Assembly (NCBI GenBank): GCA_045630515.1
Contig: JAZQTG010000076.1
Location: forward strand, 354,299 to 418,298
Length of the DNA stretch: 64,000 nucleotides
Source of the DNA: Acutalibacteraceae bacterium
Lineage (GTDB): Bacteria > Bacillota > Clostridia > Oscillospirales > Acutalibacteraceae
Direction of reading: 5' to 3'
The stretch's first letter is position 1; each line of letters begins with the position of its first letter. Position numbers and translations under genes: made by a program. Shown here piece by piece: positions 26,838 to 40,019 of this stretch. Below the pieces are notes generated by a model. The model was not told where the DNA came from and did no database searches. It was given only the letters and a program-made list of their open reading frames with translations.

Positions 26838-28694
26838 CTATCTACGCTTCTTACCATCCCATTTGCCGCCCATACGGCTTTTTGGTTTGGCTTTTACATT
26901 TTTAGTGTTATTGGCTTTACCCACAACCAAACAATTTTTACCGGTTCCTATAAGGTCGGTTCTTCCGGCCTTGCGCAACGCTTTTACTATCAGTTCGCGG
27001 TTTTCAGGCTTATAATACTGCAATAATGCTCGTTGTAGTTGCTTTTCTTCTTGTGTTTTTGGAACGAATACCGCCTTCATAGTATGTGGGTCTAACCCTG
27101 TATAATACATAGCAGTTGATAACGTTCCCGGTGTTGGATAAAAATCTTGCACCTGCTCAGGTCTAATCTTTTCACGTTTTAAAAATAATGCCAATTCTAT
27201 AGCATCGCGCAGAGTACTACCAGGGTGGCTAGACATAAGATATGGCACTAAATACTGCTCTTTACCCATGCCCTTGGTAACGTTATAAAACTCGTCCGCA
27301 AATTGCTTATAAACCTCTATGTGCGGCTTACCCATTTTATCTAAAACCGCCGCTGAGCAATGCTCAGGTGCAACTTTAAGTTGACCGCTTACATGGTGCC
27401 TTACCAATGTTTTTAAAAACTCGCGGCTTTTATCTTCCAAAAGATAATCAAACCTAACACCAGAACGAATAAATACCTTTTTTATTTTGGGTATGTTTCG
27501 CATTTCATTTAGTATATCAATATACTCACTATGGTCAACATCTAAGTTTTTACAAGGAGTCGGCGCCAAACATTTTTTGCCTTTGCAAAGTCCACACTTT
27601 AGTTGGTTTTGGCACGATGGTTTTCTAAAATTGGCTGTTGGACCGCCAACATCGTGGATATAACCCTTAAAGTGTGGGTTTTTAGTTAGCATTTCTGCTT
27701 CTTTTAAAACAGATTCTTTACTGCGAACCGCAATCTGTCTGCCCTGATGAAAGGCTATGGAACAGAAATTGCACGCGCCAAAACAACCGCGATTGTGTGT
27801 AATAGAAAATTCAACCTCTTCAATCGCAGGTACACCGCCTACCTTTTCGTATATTGGGTGATAATATCTTTCATATGGCAGTTCGTATACTTTATCCAAC
27901 TCACCGGTTGTAAGGGGTGGCATAGGTGGATTTTGTATTAAATACTGTTTGCCGTGTTGCTGAATTAATCTTTTACCGCGCACAGCATCTTGCTCGTCAT
28001 ACTCTATACGACAAGCCTCGGCATACTTTTCTTTAGAATTTTTACAAGAATCATAAGAAGGTAGCGTTATACCACGAATTCCCTCTGCATTATCTGTAAC
28101 GTAACATACACCACGTATCTCATATAGGCTATTTATACCATTCTTGCTACTAAGTGCTTCTGCAATTTGCAAGGTCTGTTTTTCACTCATGCCAAACGAC
28201 AAAATATCGGCCTTACTATCAATCAACACCGACGGCATAACCGAATCTGACCAATAATCATAATGAGCAAAGCGGCGCAAAGATGCCTCTAATCCACCTA
28301 TGATAATAGGTATATCACCAAAAATTTCACGAAGTCTATTAGAGTAAACCGTTACAGCTCTATCAGGGCGCAAACCCATTTTATTTCCCGGTGAATATGC
28401 ATCGGTACTGCGCTTACGCTTTGCGGCGGTATAGTGCGCTACCATAGAATCAATATTACCCGCATTAACCATAAAAGCATACTTCGGAGTACCAAGTTTT
28501 AAAAAGTCGGCATCACTTTTCCAATTAGGTTGGGAAATAATACCGACTTTGTAACCCGCACTCTCTAATACTCTAGATATAATTGCGGTACCAAAGGTTG
28601 GGTGGTCAACATACGCGTCGCCCGTAACGATAATAAAATCGCACTGCTCCCAACCTCTACTATCCATATCTTTTTTTGAAATAGGTAAAAACAT
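26838..28694 (-). CDS. ygiQ: YgiQ family radical SAM protein (UPF0313)
   Basis: N-terminus MFLPISKKDM..RGWEQCDFIIVTGDAYVDHP.FG and radical SAM CFGACNFCS. Confidence 0.9.
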   Translation of the reverse strand: MFLPISKKDMDSRGWEQCDFIIVTGDAYVDHPTFGTAIISRVLESAGYKVGIISQPNWKSDADFLKLGTPKYAFMVNAGNIDSMVAHYTAAKRKRSTDAYSPGNKMGLRPDRAVTVYSNRLREIFGDIPIIIGGLEASLRRFAHYDYWSDSVMPSVLIDSKADILSFGMSEKQTLQIAEALSSKNGINSLYEIRGVCYVTDNAEGIRGITLPSYDSCKNSKEKYAEACRIEYDEQDAVRGKRLIQQHGKQYLIQNPPMPPLTTGELDKVYELPYERYYHPIYEKVGGVPAIEEVEFSITHNRGCFGACNFCSIAFHQGRQIAVRSKESVLKEAEMLTKNPHFKGYIHDVGGPTANFRKPSCQNQLKCGLCKGKKCLAPTPCKNLDVDHSEYIDILNEMRNIPKIKKVFIRSGVRFDYLLEDKSREFLKTLVRHHVSGQLKVAPEHCSAAVLDKMGKPHIEVYKQFADEFYNVTKGMGKEQYLVPYLMSSHPGSTLRDAIELALFLKREKIRPEQVQDFYPTPGTLSTAMYYTGLDPHTMKAVFVPKTQEEKQLQRALLQYYKPENRELIVKALRKAGRTDLIGTGKNCLVVGKANNTKNVKAKPKSRMGGKWDGKKRR

Positions 28695-28696
28695 AA

Positions 28697-31168
28697 TTAT
28701 TCTTCCGTATTTGCGGTTTCTTCACCGCGTGCCTGCATTTCCAATAGTTGTGCCTTTGTTATTAGTACTGCACGAGGTTTTGCACCTTCGTATGGACCTA
28801 TAATTCCACGTTCTGCCATTTGGTCCATAATACGAGCCGCTCTTGCATAGCCGAGTTTTAACCTACGTTGCAAAAGTGAAGTTGATGCCTGTCCGTTATC
28901 AACAACGCACTCAATTGCGGCGCCGAGCATTGCATCGGCATCACCGTCAACATCACCACTATCCGAGCCTTTAGATTTCTTGTTATCAGCGGCAGCTGCT
29001 TGACGTTCAATCTCTTCCATAATTCCGTCATCATACTCGCCTTTTCTAACGCCTTTAATAAACTCAACTACGCTTTCTACCTCTTCATCACTAACGAAAC
29101 AACCTTGAATTCTGCGAGGTTTTATTGCGCCTACGGGATTGAATAACATATCACCTCTACCGAGTAGTTTTTCTGCACCACCTGTATCAAGGATAGTTCT
29201 ACTGTCAATTGCTGACGATACCATGAAGGCAACACGCGATGGAATGTTTGCTTTGATTATACCTGTAATAACATCAACAGATGGGCGTTGGGTAGCGATA
29301 AGTAAATGCATACCTGCCGCACGTGCCTTTTGCGCTATACGACAAATTGAATCTTCAACCTCGTGAGGAGCAGACATCATAAGGTCGGCAAGCTCGTCAA
29401 TAATAATAACGATTTGAGGCATTTTAATTAAGTTTTCGGATTTTTCAGCCAGTTTGTTATACCCCTCAAGATTTCTTACATCGTTTTCTGCAAACAGTTT
29501 ATAACGATTTTCCATCTCTGAAACCGCCCAACCAAGTGCGCCTGATGCTTTTCTTGGGTCTGTAACAACAGGTACTAAAAGGTGTGGTATACCATTATAA
29601 ACGCCTAATTCAACAACCTTAGGGTCAATCATCAAAAGTTTAACTTCATCTGGGTCGGCGTTGTAAAGCAAACTTACAATAAACGAGTTAATACAAACCG
29701 ATTTACCTGAACCGGTTGCACCTGCAATAAGTCCGTGTGGCATCTTTGCAATGTCGGTAACGACAGGTGCACCTGCGATATCTCTACCAAGCGCTACGGT
29801 TAGTTTTGATTTTGTTGATGTAAACGCTTTAGAATCAATAATTTCGCGCACAGTAACCATACCTGCACTTTTGTTTGGAACCTCAATACCAACTGCAGGT
29901 TTATTTGGAATAGGTGCTTCTATACGTACACCTGCGGCAGCAAGATTCATAGCAATATCATTAGCAAGACCTGTAATTTTGCTAATCTTAACACCTGCGG
30001 CAGGTTGAAGTTCGTACCTTGTTACAGAAGGACCTACACTTATATTAATAATCTTAGTTTCTACACCAAAACTGCGGAGAATATTTACAAGTTGTTCGCC
30101 CACTGCTTCATGGTCACTTACGGCATTGCCCATACCTGTTGGTTCTTGTAAAAGAGATAGTGGTGGGAAACGATATGCATCCTCGTCTTCGGGTATATCT
30201 TCTAGCGAAACACCATTAGAAATACCGTCTAGTTTTGGTGAATCGGTTGTTTCGGTTTCCTCTTTGTTCTCTGTTTCTTTAGCAGTTTCTACCGCAATTT
30301 TAACCTGCTTTTCTAGGGGTGATGACTGTTTTTCCTCTTGCTCAGGCTCTTTTTCAACGTCAATTTGAGGCTCAGAATTATATTCTTCACCGCGATAGGT
30401 AGCTATAACCTTACGACGCTTTTCCTCAACATTTAGAGGTTGTTCTGTAGCATCTTCAACGGATTTACCACGTTCTTCGCCAGCAACAGGAACATCTAAT
30501 TGGAACTTTGCCTTTTGTTCTTCGCGACGTTTTTCGTGTTCTTCTAATCTATTCTCAATAGCAGTACCTGCTTTTTTTATTGGTTTTGCAAGCATACCAT
30601 ATGCACTTATCAAAGTAGTGCCGGTTATAAACATTAGGATAACAATAATTAAAATTATGATTGTTATTTTAGCATATTCGCCAAACATAGAATACAACGG
30701 ATGCCCAAGAATTGCGCCAAATGCACCACCATAAACATCGGTATAATCAAACGCGGTTACTATATGCGAGAAGAAATCCAAATCTTTTGCAATGCCTGAA
30801 AAAATATCCATAGCACCACATATAAACCAGACAAGCAACCCACCCTCTAAAAGCGTTGTGGTAAATTTACCGGTATACTTGTCCATAGCACCCGCAACAG
30901 CTATTGCGCCTAAAATTATGGGCATTATGTATGCACATATGCCAAATAAACCAAACATTGTGTTATGAAGAAAACTCCACACATTTTCTTCTTTAGGTGC
31001 GGTTATTGCAACAAACATCAAAAGCACTGCAGTTGCAAACATTATAATCGCACTAACCTGCCTTTTATTAGATGGTTGCGGCACATTTTCTGCTTGAATT
31101 ATACTTGTAGCAGTTGCGCTTGCAGGGCGTTTTTTCTTTGTTGTTTTCTTACCCTTTTTAGTTGCCAT
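28697..31168 (-). CDS. ftsK: DNA translocase FtsK/SpoIIIE
   Basis: N-terminal TM helices, acidic linker, motor domain with Walker A GATGSGKS and DELADLMM, C-terminal gamma wHTH ([19 protein letters not shown]). Confidence 0.95.
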   Translation of the reverse strand: MATKKGKKTTKKKRPASATATSIIQAENVPQPSNKRQVSAIIMFATAVLLMFVAITAPKEENVWSFLHNTMFGLFGICAYIMPIILGAIAVAGAMDKYTGKFTTTLLEGGLLVWFICGAMDIFSGIAKDLDFFSHIVTAFDYTDVYGGAFGAILGHPLYSMFGEYAKITIIILIIVILMFITGTTLISAYGMLAKPIKKAGTAIENRLEEHEKRREEQKAKFQLDVPVAGEERGKSVEDATEQPLNVEEKRRKVIATYRGEEYNSEPQIDVEKEPEQEEKQSSPLEKQVKIAVETAKETENKEETETTDSPKLDGISNGVSLEDIPEDEDAYRFPPLSLLQEPTGMGNAVSDHEAVGEQLVNILRSFGVETKIINISVGPSVTRYELQPAAGVKISKITGLANDIAMNLAAAGVRIEAPIPNKPAVGIEVPNKSAGMVTVREIIDSKAFTSTKSKLTVALGRDIAGAPVVTDIAKMPHGLIAGATGSGKSVCINSFIVSLLYNADPDEVKLLMIDPKVVELGVYNGIPHLLVPVVTDPRKASGALGWAVSEMENRYKLFAENDVRNLEGYNKLAEKSENLIKMPQIVIIIDELADLMMSAPHEVEDSICRIAQKARAAGMHLLIATQRPSVDVITGIIKANIPSRVAFMVSSAIDSRTILDTGGAEKLLGRGDMLFNPVGAIKPRRIQGCFVSDEEVESVVEFIKGVRKGEYDDGIMEEIERQAAAADNKKSKGSDSGDVDGDADAMLGAAIECVVDNGQASTSLLQRRLKLGYARAARIMDQMAERGIIGPYEGAKPRAVLITKAQLLEMQARGEETANTEE

Positions 31169-31210
31169 TTATGTAACTCCCCTACTATGTATTGGGTAGC
31201 TTTGCCACCC

Positions 31211-31411
31211 TTATTTAATAAGCATACCAGGTGTTAAATCACCTGATAAATAATCCTTTAGATTGGTTGAATTTATTGAACTTATCATAAACCCTTGTGG
31301 TGTTTTTTCGCACCCAATATATCCGTGTTTCAGTTTATAATACTTAATATCACTATACTTTGGCGGAAATATCATTTCAGGGTCAGCTACCGTGTGTAGA
31401 AGCATTTTCAC
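31211..31411 (-). CDS. ylzJ: YlzJ-like protein
   Basis: 66-aa ORF overlapping the 3' end of the TepA-like gene and preceding ftsK, as in the Bacillus tepA-ylzJ-ftsK arrangement. Confidence 0.6.
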   Translation of the reverse strand: MKMLLHTVADPEMIFPPKYSDIKYYKLKHGYIGCEKTPQGFMISSINSTNLKDYLSGDLTPGMLIK

Positions 31412-32129
31412 CGCACCCTTCTATCAAAGAATAAAGACAGTCTATAGCATCTCTCAAACCGCCGAGGTTATCAATCAAGCCCTCATTTACCGCCGCTTCA
31501 CCTTCTAAAACTGTTCCCATATCGGTAACCAATTCGCCAACGTTTAGCATTAGGCTTTTAAACCTATCACCAGAAATTTTAGAATTTTCGGTAATGAAAC
31601 GAATTATCCTATCCTGCATTTTATCAAAATAATTCAGCATTTGCGGAACACCTAGCACAAGTCCTGAGGTTCTAACAGGGTGCAATGTCATTGTAGCGGA
31701 TGGTGCTATAAAAGAGCATTTTGCCGAAACGGCTAACGGGACACCTATTGAATGACCGCCGCCAAGCACTAAAGATACTGTTGGTTTCTTCATACCTGCA
31801 ATAAGTTCGGCAATAGCAAGTCCAGCCTCTACATCTCCGCCAACTGTGTTTAATATAATTAACAGCCCTTCTATTTCTCTATCCTCTTCAATAGCAACAA
31901 GTTGCGGAATAACGTGTTCATACTTAGTTGTTTTGTTTTGTGACGGAAGTATATAATGCCCCTCAATTTGACCGACAATAGTTAAACAGTGTATAACGTG
32001 TTTGCCGTGTGTAGAGGTAACAGAGCCTAACTTTTCTATCTGTTCCAACTGAGGATTTTGACAGTCATCAGAATTATTGCATTGACCCTCTGTTTCGTTA
32101 TCATTATTATTCAATTCTTCATTGCGCAT
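31383..32129 (-). CDS. tepA: ClpP-family protein, TepA-like
   Basis: ClpP/crotonase fold: LNTVGGDVEAGLAIAELI, GGGHSIGVPLA, MTLHPVR. I chose the ATG at 32129 over the upstream hydrophobic extension. Confidence 0.75.
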   Translation of the reverse strand: MRNEELNNNDNETEGQCNNSDDCQNPQLEQIEKLGSVTSTHGKHVIHCLTIVGQIEGHYILPSQNKTTKYEHVIPQLVAIEEDREIEGLLIILNTVGGDVEAGLAIAELIAGMKKPTVSLVLGGGHSIGVPLAVSAKCSFIAPSATMTLHPVRTSGLVLGVPQMLNYFDKMQDRIIRFITENSKISGDRFKSLMLNVGELVTDMGTVLEGEAAVNEGLIDNLGGLRDAIDCLYSLIEGCGENASTHGS

Positions 32130-32264
32130 AATAAACCCGCCTTTCTGCTGATTTATTATTTGCAATATATAGTTAATTATACCATTTATTATATATATTT
32201 GCAAGTGTTATAAAAAGCAAAAAACTTTGCAAAATGCAAAGTTTTTTAATACTTTATAATAGGT

Positions 32265-33917
32265 TTATTCTTTTCTGGGACCAGGTTGAATATATGGCAT
32301 TACGCCCTTAAATTCAATCTCGCCAAATATACCCTTTACAAAGGCCTCCTGCGCCTCTTGACTTAAGGTATATGCATGTACAAACATATCTAGATTACTA
32401 TAAAAATCATAGTACACATAAGGCGAGCCTAGTGAAATTCCAACCGATTTTTCTTTACCCTTTGTAAAAGCATAGAAGAAGGTTGCACATTCGTCGCCAT
32501 AGAAACTTGATGCTCCCATTGGGGCGTGTGTATAAAGATAGCCGGCGTATACAATTAAATCGCTCTCCCTATCAATTCTATCCATATCCTCTTGGTCCTT
32601 AACACGCCTTTGCATTTTTACATTCATACCGCGTTGTTCAAAGGCAGCCTTCATATATTTAAGGGACTCATAAGCCCTATCAACATGAGCAGAACAAACT
32701 ATGGTAACGTTTTTGATTTTAGATGCATCTAGAGGCAACTGATTATTTTTATCACACTCTAAAGTTACTGCAAGGTCTGAAACTCTGCGATTAAAGTCAC
32801 CTATTTCGGTACGCAATTCGTCATTCATAATAATTGGTTCTTCCTTAGTGTCTGAGAATAAACCAATTTTTTCCTTCATATCAAGAACGCGAGAACAAGC
32901 ATCGTTAATTCTTTCTTCACTTACTCTGCCTTCAAGAACTGCCTTTTCAATAATATCTATATATCTATAATCTCTTACGCCTAAAAGTATATCATTACCC
33001 GCATTTAGCAGTGCAACAAACAAGTCTGCAGGGTCTGGGTAAGCCGCATTTAACGCCGCCATATCAATACCATCTGTAATAACTACACCCTTAAAGCCCA
33101 TTTTCTTTTTAAGGAGTCCCATTATAATCTTATCTGAAAGAGTAGCAGGTAAATAGTTAGAGCCAAGTTTTCTATCGTCTACTGCCGGGAAAGATTCGTG
33201 TGTAACCATAACCGACATAACGCCTATATCAAACATATTTTTAAAGGCTTTGCCCTGAAGCTTTTTCCATTCTTTGAAGCTAGAGCCAATCATAGCAGGC
33301 GAGAAATGCGCATCTCTATACTCTGTTTGGTCACTTCCCGGAAAATGCTTTGCAGTTGCCACAACGCCGTTATCTTGAAGGCCTTTTATCATACCTTCAG
33401 AAAGTTCTTTTAATTTTTTAGGTTCGTCAGACATAGCGCGCATAATTGCAACTGCGCAAAATCTTGAAGGAATGTCCATAACGGGAGCCCAATAGTAGTT
33501 ACATCCGCCGCTTTTTGCCATTTTTGCTTGTAACACTCCGTACTCGTATGCTAGTTCTTTTGAGTTTGCCGCAGCAACGGTAGGTGCAGTTACTATCTCT
33601 TTAAAGTTAGTAGCAAAGGTTTCGCCTAATGGGTCGGTTGCAGCAAGTACGGGAATAGGCAACATAGTATTAACCTTTTCAATCCAATTACGATAGTACT
33701 CACTATCCTGTAAGTTTTCACCTACTATACCTGTAAGATTAACTATAGTCATAGCAAGATTGCCGCAGTTCCAAATATTACCAATAGGATTATCCTTAAG
33801 ATACTCTTCTATATTATCGTGATTAATAAAATCTGCTAACTGCATAACCGCAGTTTGACCAATTTTTTCGCGCAAAGTTAACTCGGAAAGTTTTGGTTTT
33901 GCAGTAAATTTTCTCAT
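32265..33917 (-). CDS. Glycoside hydrolase family 3 protein (NagZ/beta-hexosaminidase-like), cytoplasmic
   Basis: GH3 N-terminal domain motifs KHFPGSD and VVITDGIDM. No signal peptide. Confidence 0.75.
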   Translation of the reverse strand: MRKFTAKPKLSELTLREKIGQTAVMQLADFINHDNIEEYLKDNPIGNIWNCGNLAMTIVNLTGIVGENLQDSEYYRNWIEKVNTMLPIPVLAATDPLGETFATNFKEIVTAPTVAAANSKELAYEYGVLQAKMAKSGGCNYYWAPVMDIPSRFCAVAIMRAMSDEPKKLKELSEGMIKGLQDNGVVATAKHFPGSDQTEYRDAHFSPAMIGSSFKEWKKLQGKAFKNMFDIGVMSVMVTHESFPAVDDRKLGSNYLPATLSDKIIMGLLKKKMGFKGVVITDGIDMAALNAAYPDPADLFVALLNAGNDILLGVRDYRYIDIIEKAVLEGRVSEERINDACSRVLDMKEKIGLFSDTKEEPIIMNDELRTEIGDFNRRVSDLAVTLECDKNNQLPLDASKIKNVTIVCSAHVDRAYESLKYMKAAFEQRGMNVKMQRRVKDQEDMDRIDRESDLIVYAGYLYTHAPMGASSFYGDECATFFYAFTKGKEKSVGISLGSPYVYYDFYSNLDMFVHAYTLSQEAQEAFVKGIFGEIEFKGVMPYIQPGPRKE

Positions 33918-34021
33918 ACTCAGTTCCCCTTTTAATATATAAGATTACAATATAATATTATCACGAAGATATATCTATTTCAATGATACAAAATTGTTTT
34001 TTATTGACATTAAATTGTTAT

Positions 34022-34055
34022 AAAAAAATAACGGCATCTATATTTAGATGCCGTT
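34022..34055 (-). terminator. groEL terminator
   Basis: aacggcatcta / tagatgccgtt hairpin with a U-run on the minus strand. Confidence 0.75.
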
Positions 34056-34065
34056 AAATCTTTTA

Positions 34066-35715
<1,650 letters not shown>

Positions 35716-35718
35716 CTA

Positions 35719-36018
<300 letters not shown>

Positions 36019-36040
36019 TTATAATAATTATCTCAGAGAA

Positions 36041-36067
36041 TTAGCACTCTAACTCTCCGAGTGCTAA
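36041..36067 (-). promoter_or_regulatory. CIRCE operator (HrcA binding site)
   Basis: Perfect TTAGCACTC-N9-GAGTGCTAA inverted repeat between the groES start and its promoter. Confidence 0.95.
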
Positions 36068-36168
36068 TATATATAATATACCTTTTTCCAAAAAAATCAA
36101 GTATTATTTGGAATTTATTTGAAAATTTTTTGTTAACACCAATTAATTATATGATTTTATTACTGTTC

Positions 36169-37113
36169 TTATGCTTTTATTGTCGTTTCTTGCGCTAATT
36201 TTAGGTGCTCCCCGAAAGCAGCTAAAGCTTTTTGCGGTACCGATAGTACCAAAGCATTTTTAACAATTTCGCATTTAACCTCGTCAAAATGATAAACCTC
36301 ACCATCAATATTAAAAGCAACAGGTGTACTACATTTATATATCATACTGCTACACTCACCGTTTAAACAATACGGCAAACTGATGTGTGTACCTTTGCGG
36401 TATTTACCTAGAATTGATAAGGTTTTAAACCTTGAACGTGTTGATATAATACTATAATTCAAGGTGTTGTTTGAAGGGTTGGCATTTGGCGCACACTTGT
36501 ATCCACCGCCATAATACGGAGCGTTAGCACACACTGCAAACAGACTTGGTATATACTTATGTTCTTTACCGTCTATTATAAAATCTATCTTTTTACCAAA
36601 CGGCAAAAAGAAGGTTTGAACAACGCCAAGCATATATGCCATTTTACCACTAACACCGCGTATTTTTTTGAATTTATCAGCATTTTCGCAAACCATAGCA
36701 TCCATTCCTGCAGAGCAAGAGTTAATGCCATAATAAGTTTCTCCGTTTGCTGTAACCTTAATTAAATCAACATAACAGAGTTTGCCCGAAAGTTGCGCAT
36801 CTAAATCATTAAATGGTGTTTTATCGCCAAAAAACTTTAAGAAATCGTTACCGCTTCCACAAGGAACAACGCCCATACTTACATTAGGAAAACCAACTAT
36901 TCCGTTAATAACTTCATAGTTAGTGCCTTCCCCACCGCAAGAAAAGATGCGTATTAATTCTCCGCTTTCTGCTAATTTTTTAGCAATCTCGGTTGCTTCC
37001 CCTCTGTATGTAGTTTGATAATATTCAATACCGCGCTCATTCAAAAGGGTTATAAGTTGTTTTTGAATTTCACCCTTGCCTGCATTGGGATTAATGATAA
37101 AAACATTTTTCAT
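36169..37113 (-). CDS. YegS/BmrU-family lipid kinase (diacylglycerol kinase catalytic domain)
   Basis: FIINPNAGKG, SCGGEGT (a variant of GGDGT), PCGSGNDF. Confidence 0.75.
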   Translation of the reverse strand: MKNVFIINPNAGKGEIQKQLITLLNERGIEYYQTTYRGEATEIAKKLAESGELIRIFSCGGEGTNYEVINGIVGFPNVSMGVVPCGSGNDFLKFFGDKTPFNDLDAQLSGKLCYVDLIKVTANGETYYGINSCSAGMDAMVCENADKFKKIRGVSGKMAYMLGVVQTFFLPFGKKIDFIIDGKEHKYIPSLFAVCANAPYYGGGYKCAPNANPSNNTLNYSIISTRSRFKTLSILGKYRKGTHISLPYCLNGECSSMIYKCSTPVAFNIDGEVYHFDEVKCEIVKNALVLSVPQKALAAFGEHLKLAQETTIKA

Positions 37114-37129
37114 TTTCTTACCCTACTTT

Positions 37130-38248
37130 TTACTTAAAATACATATAAAGTTGGCATTTAATCATACCATTATAAAGTTTTCTGCGCTTGTCTGCAGGTC
37201 TACCAAAAATCTTCTCAAACTCATCATGCGGACTTATTACATAATATTTCTTACCCTCGCACTTATTAAAAACAGCGCCCATAGTTCTATATAGTTCTTC
37301 TGCCGCTTTAATATCCAAAAGCCTTTCACCATAAGGCGGATTGGTTATAACAAGGCTTCTACCCTCTGGTAGTTTAAAGTTTTTTACATCTGCAACAGAT
37401 GCCCTTACGTATTTTTCTACGCCCGCTTTTTTAGCATTAGCCAAGGTTAATTCTACTGCAGCAGGGTCAATATCAAAACCTGTTGCAATGAAATCAATAT
37501 TATGGCGCACTAAATCTTGCGCACGTGTTCTTTCTCTACTAAAACTGCCGCTATCAACAAACGGAAAACGTTCTGATGCAAAAGAACGGCGTAAACCGGG
37601 TGCTATATTTGTAGCCTTTAGTGCCGCTTCAATAAGGATAGTGCCAGAGCCACAAAATGTATCATACAAATTAGTATCAGGGTAAATTCTGGCAATATCA
37701 CACATAGCAGCGCCAAGCGTTTCTTTAAGTGGCGCATCGTTTGATTTACGCCTGTATCCGCGTTTATGCAATCCCTCTCCCGAAGTATCAATAGTAACCG
37801 CAACGGTATCCTTTAAAATTGAAAACCGCACCGGTATAATAGCACCTGTTTCTTGGAACCAACTGATTCCGTATTTTTTAGAAAGTCTTGTAACTATTGC
37901 TTTTTTAATTATTGACTGACAATCAGGAATGCTATGCAAAGACGAATCAATACTCCAACCTTTAACAGGAAAAGCGTTGTCTTTACCGATAAAGTTTTCC
38001 CAATCAAGCGCGGCAACGCCATCAAAAAGTTCGGTAAAGGTTGTAGCCTTAAACTCGCCAACCTTAATTAATATACGCTCGGCATAACGCGAGCAAATAT
38101 TAGCACGAGCAAGCATATCCATATTGCCCTTAAAGTCAACCCTACCGTTATTAACCGTTACTTCTTGCATTTCCAAACGTTTTAATTCATCGCCCAAAAC
38201 ACCCTCAATACCAAACAAACAGGGTGCGCTAAAATTTAAAAGTTCCAT
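37130..38248 (-). CDS. THUMP-domain class I SAM-dependent RNA methyltransferase
   Basis: N-terminal THUMP region, SAM motif DTFCGSGTILIEAA and catalytic NPPYGERL. Confidence 0.8.
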   Translation of the reverse strand: MELLNFSAPCLFGIEGVLGDELKRLEMQEVTVNNGRVDFKGNMDMLARANICSRYAERILIKVGEFKATTFTELFDGVAALDWENFIGKDNAFPVKGWSIDSSLHSIPDCQSIIKKAIVTRLSKKYGISWFQETGAIIPVRFSILKDTVAVTIDTSGEGLHKRGYRRKSNDAPLKETLGAAMCDIARIYPDTNLYDTFCGSGTILIEAALKATNIAPGLRRSFASERFPFVDSGSFSRERTRAQDLVRHNIDFIATGFDIDPAAVELTLANAKKAGVEKYVRASVADVKNFKLPEGRSLVITNPPYGERLLDIKAAEELYRTMGAVFNKCEGKKYYVISPHDEFEKIFGRPADKRRKLYNGMIKCQLYMYFK

Positions 38249-38258
38249 TTTTTCTCCA

Positions 38259-39107
38259 TTATTCTATAACTATTGTTTTGTGCCTTGTAACATGGCAACC
38301 TATGTTTATCGCAAGCGGTAAACCGGCAATATGTGTTGGATACTGTTCTATCGCCACCGCCAATGCAGTTGTACTGCCACCAAAACCTTGCGGACCGATG
38401 CCTGTTTTATTCACCGCCGATAAAATCTCTTTTTCTAACTCGGCGTAAAACGGATCAGAATTAGAGATTGATATTGGTCTGCATAAAGCTTTTTTTGATA
38501 GATATGAGCAATACTCAAAATCCCCACCAATACCAACACCTATTACCATTGGCGGACAAGGATTGCCACCAGCCGATTTTACTGTTTCTACAACCTTTTC
38601 TATAATGGTTTGCTTATCTGCAGCGGGAGTAAGCATATAAACCTTACTCATGTTTTCACTACCAAAGCCTTTTGGTGCAACAGTGAGAGTTATTTTATCA
38701 CCCTCAACTATTTCTGTATGTATAATTGCAGGCGTGTTATCATCGGTATTTACCCTTAAGAGTGGGTCGTTAACAACCGACTTGCGCAAAAGTCCTTGGC
38801 AATAACCTTGCTTTACGCCGTTATTGATAGCATCTTTAAGCGGAGTACCAACCAAGTGAACATCCTGCCCTATTTCAACAAACACAACCGCCATACCGGT
38901 ATCTTGGCATACAGGTATATCTAACGCCTTAGCCGCATCAATATTGTTTTTCAGGTCGTTAAGAATATCCTTACCAAGTGCCGAGCACTCACTACAGCTC
39001 GCACTACATATAGCATCACACAAATCTTGTGGCAATATTTTATTGGTTTCAATACAGAGTTTTGCAACCGCTTGTTCAATAACTTTTGTATTAATTTCTT
39101 TAACCAT
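38259..39107 (-). CDS. Fe-S hydro-lyase alpha subunit (class I fumarate hydratase / tartrate dehydratase alpha type)
   Basis: Typical alpha-subunit motifs PVCQDTGMAVVFVEIGQ and GIGGDFE. No beta-subunit gene is adjacent. Confidence 0.8.
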   Translation of the reverse strand: MVKEINTKVIEQAVAKLCIETNKILPQDLCDAICSASCSECSALGKDILNDLKNNIDAAKALDIPVCQDTGMAVVFVEIGQDVHLVGTPLKDAINNGVKQGYCQGLLRKSVVNDPLLRVNTDDNTPAIIHTEIVEGDKITLTVAPKGFGSENMSKVYMLTPAADKQTIIEKVVETVKSAGGNPCPPMVIGVGIGGDFEYCSYLSKKALCRPISISNSDPFYAELEKEILSAVNKTGIGPQGFGGSTTALAVAIEQYPTHIAGLPLAINIGCHVTRHKTIVIE

Positions 39108-39175
39108 ATTACTACCTTTCTAAACCCCTTAAAATATAAATACGGAGCAATAATTGCCCCGTATTATGTAACTAA

Positions 39176-39640
39176 TTAGAAATTATCGCCAGAGCCGCGA
39201 CGGGGACGGCGTGTTTCAAAATTCTTGCGCTTAAGGTCTGAAAACTTTTCATCACTTGTTTGCTTGAATTTATTCATCATATCCTCAAAACTTGATGGCT
39301 CGCTCTTTTTAGAGGTCCAAACATAAGACATGTCCGGTTTTTGAGGAGCAGGTTTTCTTTGTGGTTTTCTTTCTCTAGGTGAGCGTTCGCCCTGTTCTTT
39401 TTGTGGCTCTTGCGCTTTTTTTATAGAAAGACTAATCTTACCCTCTTCGGACACGGTTAATACCTTTGCCTTAACAACATCGCCAACCTTAACATGATCG
39501 CTAATTTGGTTAACATAGGTTTGTGCTACTTCTGAAATGTGCACCATACCTGTTTTACCCTCGCCAATTTCAAGAAAAACACCAAAATTGGTTATACCGG
39601 TAACTTTACCCTCAACAATATCGCCTACAACTAATTGCAT
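39176..39640 (-). CDS. yabR: S1 RNA-binding domain protein (YabR-like)
   Basis: S1 domain GDIVEGKVTGITNFGVFLEI...GMVHISEV plus a basic tail. Position after divIC. Confidence 0.8.
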   Translation of the reverse strand: MQLVVGDIVEGKVTGITNFGVFLEIGEGKTGMVHISEVAQTYVNQISDHVKVGDVVKAKVLTVSEEGKISLSIKKAQEPQKEQGERSPRERKPQRKPAPQKPDMSYVWTSKKSEPSSFEDMMNKFKQTSDEKFSDLKRKNFETRRPRRGSGDNF

Positions 39641-39677
39641 AAACTAAGGTTATCCTCCTTAAATTAAACCGTTAGGA

Positions 39678-39947
39678 CTAATTGCCCGTAACGCTCTTAT
39701 AAACTTCTTCATTTGGGAAAACAAAGCCTAATCTTTCCCTTGCGGCGTCCTCAATAAAATCCGCATCGTCGCCATTATCTATTAAATTATTAAGTCTATC
39801 TATCTCTAATTGAATTTCAGCATTTTGCTGTTGCTGTTCGCGAAGCAGCTGTTTTTCATTAACAAGGTCTACCTGCAATTTTATACAATTGCACACAAGA
39901 TAGATAGCAAATCCCAATAGCGCAAATCTAAACAAATAACTTTTCAT
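39678..39947 (-). CDS. divIC: Septum formation initiator (DivIC/FtsB family)
   Basis: Single N-terminal TM helix, coiled coil, and C-terminal ARERLGFVFPNE motif. Confidence 0.8.
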   Translation of the reverse strand: MKSYLFRFALLGFAIYLVCNCIKLQVDLVNEKQLLREQQQQNAEIQLEIDRLNNLIDNGDDADFIEDAARERLGFVFPNEEVYKSVTGN

Positions 39948-40019
39948 TTAAACACCTTTAAAATATGTATATTCCTTTAGAGATTATACAACAATATTGC
40001 ACTATCTTTCAAGGCTTTT

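Noticed and set aside
26700-27026. Plus-strand ORFs of 89-108 aa across the DUF3006 and ygiQ ends.
   Set aside because: They are antisense to two well-supported genes and have low-complexity translations.
36068-36168. A possible extra regulatory RNA upstream of groES.
   Set aside because: The sequence is explained by an AT-rich SigA promoter (cttgat...tattat on the minus strand) placed directly before the CIRCE operator.
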